A stretch of 64,000 bases of DNA from a virus: the IMG/VR virus record IMGVR_UViG_3300025000_000067, positions 1 through 64,000 of that record; one strand, 5' to 3'. Positions 56,459-64,000 of the stretch are shown here, piece after piece (within the stretch, counting starts at the first letter, position 1; each line of letters opens with the position of its first letter). The notes under the pieces were generated by a model that worked only from the letters and a program-made list of their open reading frames with translations, made no database searches and had not been told where the DNA came from. The translations under genes were made by a program, and so were the position numbers.

Positions 56459-56470
56459 GCAGGTGACATC

Positions 56471-58288
56471 ATGGAGGGCTTCTCACGACAGGAGATATTT
56501 GACTATCAAATACGCACTAGGCCCTCTATATGGGCTCAGTACCACACTAAGCTAAGGGGAAAGCCTTATCGCTTCGAACAACTCAATCCTGATGGCTCCT
56601 TGGACCTACGGAAGGCCTTTCAGATATCCCCTCAAGAGCAGAATATAGGGCTCCGTGGTCAAAGGCAGTTTCTTCAGCAAATGCTAGATGACCAGCACCC
56701 ATATAAGTCAGAACAGAAGTCCCGGCAATGTGGGGCCAGTGAGAACGAGGTTAGAGAAGTCTTATGGTTTGCTGATACTCATCCCTACTCATCTATCGTC
56801 TATGTCTTCCCAACGTTTGACCAAGTGGCTGACTTCTCAAAGACACGGATCGAGGAGGTTATGAGAGAGTCACCTCATGTGAAGAGTCGTATGGGCTATG
56901 ACCCAAAGACAGGTAAAAAGAGGCAGGGTGAAGATCCTGTGGACAATGTACGACTACGGAAGATGGGGGATAACAGCTGGCTCTATTTCCGTAGTGGTAG
57001 TACACCAAAAGCCGGAGAAGGAATACCATGCGACGTGGTTGTGTTCGATGAGATCGACAGAATGGCACCAAATGTCATGATTGCCTTCAATGAAACGCTG
57101 TCATCCAGCGCCTATGGATGGAGAAGGGACGTATCAACCCCTAGCCTCCCTGGTGTAGGTGTGAATGCAAGCTTCAAAGATTCAGATCAACAGCATTGGT
57201 TTATGAAATGCCCACACTGTAATCATTGGACTACGATGATACATGACTTTCCGAAGGGTGTAGAGCAGCTTACTGTAGACCGCCATGATCGGCCAAATCA
57301 CAACTTGCATCTAGTCTATGACTGGGTGCAGGAGTCAGACAGGTACATATACACTTGTTTGAAGTGTAAGAGACCTATTAGTGACGAAATGCGGATCAAT
57401 GGCATATGGCAACCGCTCTACCCTCATAGAGATCGAATCAGGGGTTATCAAATAAGCCAACTTATGTGCCCGTGGATAAGCCCTAGCCAACTCATGCAGA
57501 AGAAAGCTGACTATAAGCTAGAGCAGCTGTTTATGAACTATGTTATTGGCCTAACCTACCTTGGGGACAATGTCATGATATCTAAGGGGGATATTCTTAG
57601 ATGCTGTGATACGTCGCTTACGAATCCCTATGACCTCAGAAGGGATCGTGTGTGTCTAGGTGTAGACTGGGGTAACACATCGTGGGGTACTGCTGGCATG
57701 CCTCATCCAGATAACCCAAGTAAGATCATTATTCTGGACATATGGGACGTTAAAGATGATGAAGCAGTGACTACAGATGGCCGGAAGAACAACCCACATA
57801 TATCGAGGACCGCTGATAAGATGAGACAATGGGATGCTAAACGTGGGGTATTTGACGCAGGCTATGGCAAGGACCGTAACTGGGAGCTTATGCAAGTATT
57901 CCCGGGTAAAGTATTTAGCTGTTTCTACCCTAATCTGTCAACGACCTCAACGAAGAATGTAGATGATCAGTGGCACGAGGATGAGGCCAAGGTTAACGTT
58001 GATCGAACACTAGACCTTAAGCTTATGGCCCGGATGTTTAGAGAAGGGCTCTTTGTGATACCAGCATGGGTTGTGCTTAATCCGCTCTTTGAAACCTTCT
58101 TTATCAAGCACCTAACCAACATTGTCCTGATAAGAGATATTGAAGAAGATGAGAAGACTAAAAAAGAGATCATATCTGAGAGAGTGGGCACCCTTCCAGG
58201 TGGAGATCACTTTGCCCATGCAACGAACTATTTGACAATCGCCTTACGGAAGGTTGGTAAAGGTGGCGGGGGAGATTTCTTTTTCTAG
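56471..58288 (+). CDS. terminase large subunit (GpA-like)
   Basis: KSRQCGASE Walker A, VFDEID Walker B, STP, SDQQHWFMKCPHC, GVDWG, DHFAHA. Confidence 0.93.
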   Translation: MEGFSRQEIFDYQIRTRPSIWAQYHTKLRGKPYRFEQLNPDGSLDLRKAFQISPQEQNIGLRGQRQFLQQMLDDQHPYKSEQKSRQCGASENEVREVLWFADTHPYSSIVYVFPTFDQVADFSKTRIEEVMRESPHVKSRMGYDPKTGKKRQGEDPVDNVRLRKMGDNSWLYFRSGSTPKAGEGIPCDVVVFDEIDRMAPNVMIAFNETLSSSAYGWRRDVSTPSLPGVGVNASFKDSDQQHWFMKCPHCNHWTTMIHDFPKGVEQLTVDRHDRPNHNLHLVYDWVQESDRYIYTCLKCKRPISDEMRINGIWQPLYPHRDRIRGYQISQLMCPWISPSQLMQKKADYKLEQLFMNYVIGLTYLGDNVMISKGDILRCCDTSLTNPYDLRRDRVCLGVDWGNTSWGTAGMPHPDNPSKIIILDIWDVKDDEAVTTDGRKNNPHISRTADKMRQWDAKRGVFDAGYGKDRNWELMQVFPGKVFSCFYPNLSTTSTKNVDDQWHEDEAKVNVDRTLDLKLMARMFREGLFVIPAWVVLNPLFETFFIKHLTNIVLIRDIEEDEKTKKEIISERVGTLPGGDHFAHATNYLTIALRKVGKGGGGDFFF

Positions 58289-58300
58289 AGGAGGATTAAT

Positions 58301-58615
58301 ATGAAAATGCGGAAGATTGTGCAGAAAGTTGTACATTTGAAAGAACATAGGGTAGCCGTACTAGCCTATAGAATGTCAGAGGGTTCTGAAGTACAATACC
58401 TGACTGCTATGCCTAAGGAAGGTAGGCGCATGCTCAAGGAGTTTAGAGAAACTGGTAAGTTTACACGATTAAAACCATGGGTAAGCAGAGATGCCTTAGA
58501 AGTTCTAGAGCCTGTGAGTATGACTATGGCATACACAGATGGCTGGTACGCTAAGATTCCTGCAGTCATTGACTATAAGGAGGATGAAACAAATGGATAT
58601 GTACATTGGATTTAA
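58301..58615 (+). CDS. hypothetical protein
   Basis: GAGGAGG RBS. Confidence 0.6.
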   Translation: MKMRKIVQKVVHLKEHRVAVLAYRMSEGSEVQYLTAMPKEGRRMLKEFRETGKFTRLKPWVSRDALEVLEPVSMTMAYTDGWYAKIPAVIDYKEDETNGYVHWI

Positions 58616-59207
58616 GATGATCGAGGCAAAGCCTATGACAGCAAAAGAGGCTAGCCTAATACTATTTGATCGGCCAATTAGCACTGAGAACGCTGATGAA
58701 GAAGGTAATGGCTATCTAGTGAAGTATGAAGATGGCTACACCTCATGGTCACCTAAAGCTCAGTTTGAAAAGGCATACACAAAATTTGGGACTAGGAGTG
58801 CCATAGGTGAAGGCCTAGAAATCAAACCGATTGACTCAAGTGTTTGTATAATCAAATTTAAAGAGGACTTCTCACACGAAGAGATTGAGTCATTTAAGAA
58901 AGCATGGAGAACTGCGATGTGTAGTCCAGGATCACCTAAAGTAACAGCGCTCTGTGTGCCAAATACCATAGACATAAAATCCTTAGAGGGGACAACCTTT
59001 GATTTCTCAGTGGCCCTGAAGCTTCTGAAGTTAGGGTATAAGGTCACAAGAACCTACTGGATGGATGGGGATAGTGTGGTTTACTGGCTAGAGCTGGTAG
59101 ATAACGATATTCGAAAAGGCCGGATGTACGCTGGTAACCTAAGCTATTGGGATGATGCAGAGTCGGCAGCTCTGTTAGCTGAAGACTATAAGCTCATGAA
59201 GCGCTAA
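58593..59207 (+). CDS. DUF2829/Tad2-like domain protein
   Basis: N-terminal YIG.K.I.A.PMT..GYLVKYEDGYTSWSPK..FEKAY; C-terminal FDFSVAL..LK.G.KV.R..W..LLAEDY. Confidence 0.7.
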   Translation: MDMYIGFKMIEAKPMTAKEASLILFDRPISTENADEEGNGYLVKYEDGYTSWSPKAQFEKAYTKFGTRSAIGEGLEIKPIDSSVCIIKFKEDFSHEEIESFKKAWRTAMCSPGSPKVTALCVPNTIDIKSLEGTTFDFSVALKLLKLGYKVTRTYWMDGDSVVYWLELVDNDIRKGRMYAGNLSYWDDAESAALLAEDYKLMKR

Positions 59208-59223
59208 GAGGAGGAAGGGGAAT

Positions 59224-59514
59224 ATGTTAGACGCTGGGTGGACTGTGCATGTCGGATGGCTTGTACTTGCGGTATTAGTTGGGGTAATTATCGGTTGTCT
59301 AATCCTCGGATTCTTTGCAGGGGCAAAGGAACCAAAGTGTGACGAATGCGTGCTGATGTGCAGAGCTGTGTCAAGTGGTAAAGGTACTTACTGCAGCAAT
59401 CAAATGGCTAAACATAAGGCAGAACCACCACTAAAACATAACTGGGAAATAACCCATGCAGATAAACCTACAAGGAGCCCGTACCGTAGAAATGAGCGTC
59501 GTAGTAAGGTTTAA
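59224..59514 (+). CDS. small membrane protein
   Basis: TM segment LVLAVLVGVIIGCLILGFF. Confidence 0.6.
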   Translation: MLDAGWTVHVGWLVLAVLVGVIIGCLILGFFAGAKEPKCDECVLMCRAVSSGKGTYCSNQMAKHKAEPPLKHNWEITHADKPTRSPYRRNERRSKV

Positions 59515-59599
59515 TAATCTTCGGAAGTAAAAGGGCTATTGATTTTCCATAAATAATGGTATTATTAGTTTAATATGCAAATGGGACGGGGGAATTTAT

Positions 59600-60880
59600 A
59601 TGAGTCAGATTGGAGATACACGAGAGTATACAAATATTGATGAGAGTGCCAGCAAGTTGCTTGCTAAGTGTCCACAATGTCAGGTAAAAGCAGTACCGAA
59701 GGGAATCAACTCAACGAGTCCGGGGGCACCAGGTGAAAAGCACTGCCCTAATTGTGGCCAGATCTTTGGCCGGGGAACCTTCCCGACAAAGGTGCTAACA
59801 GTTGCTGTAACTGGGACTGCAGGAGCGGTAACCATTGCAGTGGATAAGGCTAGGCTGCAAATGTTATCTGAAGTCCTTCCTGCTATTGCTACCGATAAGT
59901 CAGTAGCATGGAGTGTAGCAGCTGGGACAGGAACAGCGTCAATCAGTTCTGGTGGCTTACTGCAGTCACTAACAAACGGCACTGTTACCGTGTTGGCTAC
60001 AGCTAACGATGTGACTAAGGTATCCGGAAGCAGGGTAGTCACGCTAAGTAACCAGAGTATCTGGGTACAGAGTTTAGTAGTTACTGGGGCAGGGAATGCC
60101 ACAACCGTAGAAACAGACAGAGGCACCCTCCAAATGGCCGTAGCAGTATTACCTGCTAATGCTGCGGATAGTGCTGTAGTCTGGAGTGTTACAGCGGGTA
60201 CGGGAACCGCTACAATTAGTGCAGAAGGCCTACTCTCTGCAGTGTCTAATGGGACTGTAACCGTTGTAGCAACCGCTCATGATGGCTCAGGGGTTATTGG
60301 TAGCCGTGTGATCATGTTAAGTAATCAGAGTATCTGGGTAGCTAGCCTAGTTGTATCGGGTGCAGCTGGTGCAACAACTATCACAGTAGATGGTGGTACC
60401 CTACAGATGGATGTTGCTGCATTGCCTGCTAATGCTACAGATGCTTCTGTAACATGGAGTGTAGCAGCTGGAACTGGTACAGCAACGATTAGTGCGGGTG
60501 GATTGTTAACCGCAGTAACAGATGGAACAGTAACCGTCACAGCCACAGCAGACGATGCGGGTGGAGTTACAGATGATCTAGTAATTACGCTCAGTAATCA
60601 AATTAAGCTGGTGACTAGCATTGTAGTAACTGGAGCGGGAAGTGCAGTAATCATTGATGTAAATGATGGCACCCTTCAGATGGCTGCAGCAGTTTTACCT
60701 GTTGATGCCGATGATGGTACCTATACATGGTCCGTAGAGCCGGGAACCGGGGCAGCTGCGATCAGTGATACTGGGTTACTCACTGCGGTAACCAATGGTA
60801 CAGTGACCGTAAAAGCTACAGCTAATGATACCTCAGGTATTGTTGGTGAGAGGATAATTACAATTAGTAATCAAGTATAA
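59600..60880 (+). CDS. Ig-like (Big_2) four-repeat protein with N-terminal zinc finger
   Basis: four ~91-aa repeats LQM...VLP..A.D..V.WSV..GTG.A.IS..GLL.A..NGTVTV.ATA.D; CPQC..CPNC. Confidence 0.9.
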   Translation: MSQIGDTREYTNIDESASKLLAKCPQCQVKAVPKGINSTSPGAPGEKHCPNCGQIFGRGTFPTKVLTVAVTGTAGAVTIAVDKARLQMLSEVLPAIATDKSVAWSVAAGTGTASISSGGLLQSLTNGTVTVLATANDVTKVSGSRVVTLSNQSIWVQSLVVTGAGNATTVETDRGTLQMAVAVLPANAADSAVVWSVTAGTGTATISAEGLLSAVSNGTVTVVATAHDGSGVIGSRVIMLSNQSIWVASLVVSGAAGATTITVDGGTLQMDVAALPANATDASVTWSVAAGTGTATISAGGLLTAVTDGTVTVTATADDAGGVTDDLVITLSNQIKLVTSIVVTGAGSAVIIDVNDGTLQMAAAVLPVDADDGTYTWSVEPGTGAAAISDTGLLTAVTNGTVTVKATANDTSGIVGERIITISNQV

Positions 60881-60909
60881 GCTAACCACGAGCCCAGGGG
60901 GAATTAAAG

Positions 60910-60949
60910 AAAGAGCGGAGGAAGGGGACAACCTTCGTCTGCTCTTTTT
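60910..60949 (+). terminator. rho-independent terminator
   Basis: AAAGAGCGGA.GAAGG..CCTTC.TCTGCTCTTTTT. Confidence 0.7.
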
Positions 60950-60967
60950 GTTTTAGGTAGAGGAGGT

Positions 60968-62776
60968 ATGGTTATGGATAACATACTAGACATTTGTGCA
61001 ACAGCCCCAAAAGCTGAAGAGCTTCTGAAGGCCTTTGCTAGTGGAGAAAAGATAAAGATGGGTAAGCCTAAGTCTGCAATTATTGATCCGTATATGACGA
61101 CAGGGGCTAACGGCCTAAGACAGAAACCTACTGCTGTTCCATACTCTGTGCTTAGACGAATGGCTAAGGTCCCTGCAGTAGCTGCGATCATTAACACAAG
61201 ACTCAATCAAGTTGCACGGTTCTCTCGACGGCCACGATTTGAAGGGGATATGGGATTTAAGATCGTACTGAAGGACAGAGAAGCTAAAATGTCAGAGGCC
61301 CAGAAAAAACGAGCCTTCGAGCTGGAAGAGTTCTTCATGACCACAGGTGCCGTGCCTAATGCTAAGCGCAAAGACAACTTTGATAAGTTCATGCGTAAGA
61401 TTGTACGTGATACCTTGACATTAGATGTTGTGACCTTTGAAAATGTAGGTAATCGCAAAGGAACCATAGCTGAGATATGGGCTATTGATGGCGCAACGAT
61501 TGAACTTGTAGCCAGTGATCTAACAGGTGCAGAGCGGGAAATGCCTGTCTATGAGCCAATGACCCGGGCCGGGCAGTCAATAGCTAAGGACATATCCTAT
61601 GTGCAGAGGGTTAATGGCCAGATTATTGCGGAGTTTACAGAAGACGAATTGTGTTTTGCTATTCGCAATCCTCAGACAGATATCAACATGGTGGACTTCG
61701 GAATGTCAGAACTTGAAACACTAATAGAGATTGTCACAGGAATTATGAATAGCGTCCGGTACAATACAAGCTATTTCAGTGAATCACACCTACCCCAAGG
61801 GATACTAGAAATCGTGGGTAGCTATGAAGACTCACACTTAGAAGGTTTTAAGAAGCACTGGAAAGCGATGACTAGTGGCGCATCAGGGAAGTGGGCAGTG
61901 CCTGTGATGGCCTTAAAAGAAGGAGCAGGGTTTAAGTTCACAAACTTTAAGGCAAATAATCGGGATATGGAGTTCAATGAGTTCTTAGAGTTTTTGTTCA
62001 ATATCGCCTGTGCAGTGTATCAGATCGATCCCAATGAAGTAGGTTTTAAGTCTTGGACCAGTGGTGGCAACGGAGCTATGAAATCGGACAATACAGAAGT
62101 CAAGATTGACCAGTCAAAGGATAAAGGATTCGTCCCGCTCATGCAGTTCTTAGCCAATACCTTCAATTCAGAAGTCGTGGACCGGATTGATGATCAGTTT
62201 GCCTTTACATGGATTGGAATTGATGAACAAGATGAGGAGCAGAAGTGGGCGCGGTATAAGGAGCAGATTGACTCGGGAGTTGTCGTCGTTGCAGAGATCC
62301 GGAAGAAAGAAGACATGGATGAACTGTTGGATGAGGAAGGTAAACCCGCTCAATGGACAACAGCACCTGGTAACCCCACCCTAATTCAGGTGTTTATGGC
62401 TGAAGTCAATGCTAAGATGGCAGAAGAACAGCAAGCACAGCAACAACAGCAGGGTGCTATCGACGGAGCACAGGAGAAGATGACTGCTGATGATACCCAT
62501 AGTAAGGCTTTAGAAGTCATGGATAAGCAACACCAGCAGGGATTAGAAGCTAAGAAGTTGGATCAAGAACATCAAGTTAACCTAGAGAAAATCAAGCATA
62601 AACAAGGTCTTGAAGGTAAACAGCTTGACCAAAAGCATCAGACAAATATTGAACAGATGAAAGCAAAAGCACAGGCTAAGAAGCCACCGCTTAAGAAATC
62701 TCTTATAGATTCTTCCGAAGTATTAGATTCCGAAGAGGACGAGCTGCAGGTATCAATTGAGTGGGGAGATTACTAA
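60968..62776 (+). CDS. portal protein
   Basis: AIINTR..QV, IVRDTL..D, G.SELE, N..YF...P.GIL, DMEF, YQIDPNEVG. Confidence 0.92.
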   Translation: MVMDNILDICATAPKAEELLKAFASGEKIKMGKPKSAIIDPYMTTGANGLRQKPTAVPYSVLRRMAKVPAVAAIINTRLNQVARFSRRPRFEGDMGFKIVLKDREAKMSEAQKKRAFELEEFFMTTGAVPNAKRKDNFDKFMRKIVRDTLTLDVVTFENVGNRKGTIAEIWAIDGATIELVASDLTGAEREMPVYEPMTRAGQSIAKDISYVQRVNGQIIAEFTEDELCFAIRNPQTDINMVDFGMSELETLIEIVTGIMNSVRYNTSYFSESHLPQGILEIVGSYEDSHLEGFKKHWKAMTSGASGKWAVPVMALKEGAGFKFTNFKANNRDMEFNEFLEFLFNIACAVYQIDPNEVGFKSWTSGGNGAMKSDNTEVKIDQSKDKGFVPLMQFLANTFNSEVVDRIDDQFAFTWIGIDEQDEEQKWARYKEQIDSGVVVVAEIRKKEDMDELLDEEGKPAQWTTAPGNPTLIQVFMAEVNAKMAEEQQAQQQQQGAIDGAQEKMTADDTHSKALEVMDKQHQQGLEAKKLDQEHQVNLEKIKHKQGLEGKQLDQKHQTNIEQMKAKAQAKKPPLKKSLIDSSEVLDSEEDELQVSIEWGDY

Positions 62777-62792
62777 AAAGGGGACGGTGTAA

Positions 62793-63152
62793 ATGACTAA
62801 GTCTAGATTAAGGCACTGCAAGGATGGCGTTCAAGAATATGATCTTCTGTGGCTCTGGTGCCCAGGGTGTAACGAGTACCATGCAGTTAAAGTTAACACT
62901 TCAAATGGTTGGAATTGGAATGGAAGTCAAGAAAAACCGACAGTTACACCTTCAATACTAGTGCGAGGTACAAAACCAATAAGTGATGAAGAAGCTAAGA
63001 GAATCCTGAATGGTGAGCATATTGAGTCAATTCCACTGGTATGTCATAGTTTTGTAACAGACGGTAGAATACAGTTTCTTAGTGATTCAACTCATGTGTT
63101 AGCAGGCCAAACAGTGGATTTACCTGAATTGGACGAAAATGATATTGATTAG
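62793..63152 (+). CDS. DUF6527-like protein
   Basis: CPGC...H..WNWNG...PT..PSILV..CHSFVTDGRIQFL.D.TH.LAGQTV.LP. Confidence 0.8.
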   Translation: MTKSRLRHCKDGVQEYDLLWLWCPGCNEYHAVKVNTSNGWNWNGSQEKPTVTPSILVRGTKPISDEEAKRILNGEHIESIPLVCHSFVTDGRIQFLSDSTHVLAGQTVDLPELDENDID

Positions 63153-63175
63153 AGGAGTTGAGGAGGTTGAAGCAA

Positions 63176-64000
63176 TTGAATATCGTACTTCCGAAGACTC
63201 TGCAGGCATTGTCAAATGATCATAAGCTTCAGATAGTCTCTGAACTATCTAAGGCCCTAGATATTAAAAGCCCTAAGGCCTCGGGATTAGAACGCACAGT
63301 GTGGACCACGAACGATGAGCAGTTACTCGGTGAAGCTGAGGATGAACTTTATGAAATACTAGTGGGTCCAGCTCTAGAGAATATGGCTGAGCTCATAGCA
63401 GCCTTGGAGCGAAGTGATGAGCCAATACAACTACAGAAGGCCTTCAGTCCAGAATACTTAACCTATGAAGATCAATTGTTTAAGGCCTTGGACAATGGTA
63501 AGCACAAGTTAAGTGATCTTATCAACCTATCGAAGACTAAGCGCAATGCTTTTACTAAGCTACTGCAGGAGGGTAGTGAGTGGACAAAAGCTAAGCTTAA
63601 GCAAATTGACGATATCATGAAACAAAAGTTACCGGACTATGCAAAGTTAGCTGAGCAGTTTGCAGTAAGAGCAGCGTTTATAGCTAAGATCCGGAGTCAT
63701 GCAGACACTGAGATGTTGAGCACTGTAGGCGCTTTTGTAGACCGCTTTCCCTCAACGATTAAAGAGGCAGAGCATGAAGGGTTAGTTCTAACTCTTAAAG
63801 AGCAGGAGAGGGCTAAGGCAGAAGGTCGAACAGTGAAGATCCTTCCTCTACAACCCCAAGAACTTAGGGCAGTAGAACATGCAAATTTACGAGCGGGCGA
63901 TAAGCTGACAGAGATAAGTGATCGCCACCGAGCAGGTGTCCGGCAATTAGTGATCCGAGCACAGAATGAGCGCTGGGGTGCTCAGAAGTTAGCTCAAGCC
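63176..64000 (+). CDS. probable head morphogenesis / minor head protein (3' truncated)
   Basis: GGAGG RBS, TTG start, frame open to the window end; position after the portal. Confidence 0.6.
   Translation, partial: MNIVLPKTLQALSNDHKLQIVSELSKALDIKSPKASGLERTVWTTNDEQLLGEAEDELYEILVGPALENMAELIAALERSDEPIQLQKAFSPEYLTYEDQLFKALDNGKHKLSDLINLSKTKRNAFTKLLQEGSEWTKAKLKQIDDIMKQKLPDYAKLAEQFAVRAAFIAKIRSHADTEMLSTVGAFVDRFPSTIKEAEHEGLVLTLKEQERAKAEGRTVKILPLQPQELRAVEHANLRAGDKLTEISDRHRAGVRQLVIRAQNERWGAQKLAQA

Noticed and set aside
57247-57256. Apparent extra CTTCNGAAG site
   Set aside because: The sequence is CTTTCCGAAG, so it was excluded from the count.
59600-60880. Ig repeats as a diversity-generating retroelement target
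   Set aside because: No reverse transcriptase and no adenine-specific TR/VR pair; the repeats are old and diverged.
322-62384. Many antisense and out-of-frame ORFs in the track (e.g. 2763-3164 -, 13979-14335 -, 59680-60126 -, 37171-37470 +)
   Set aside because: They are shadows of well-supported genes, with no RBS or recognisable motifs.

Overview
64-kb segment of a large tailed dsDNA phage (or phage-plasmid) infecting a spore-forming Firmicute; a Clostridia host such as Peptococcaceae is an inference only. Order on +: end of the tail-fibre region; lysis cassette (amidase endolysin, holin); HU; early genes; SNF2 helicase; a tRNA/ncRNA cluster; a 1101-aa AEP-primase/MCM-helicase fusion; family A DNA polymerase; ThyX, kinase, RuvC, dUTPase, PD-(D/E)xK exonuclease and a 3D-domain hydrolase. 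A minus-strand island (31.7-37.8 kb) follows, then a cassette-like array of early genes, terminase subunits, a Tad2-like protein, an Ig-repeat protein, portal and the start of a minor head gene. No integrase is present in the window. Main observations: (1) The minus-strand island encodes ParM/ParR with a sigma-H-type promoter, a YdjM-like gene with a sigma-G-type promoter, and an operon of a SpoIIIAC-like membrane protein, a VirD4-like ATPase and a Replic_Relax protein. This suggests a system that moves phage DNA into the forespore. (2) The palindrome CTTCNGAAG occurs at least 44 times, against about 1 expected by chance. (3) Two diverged, mutually inverted AT-rich elements at 4.9 and 52.9 kb are each bracketed by inverted ATTACGTA-N8-TACGTAAT boxes. 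(4) A hidden minus-strand transcription unit with tandem Spo0A boxes lies at 24.3-24.7 kb. All protein calls come from motif recognition by eye; no database searches were run.
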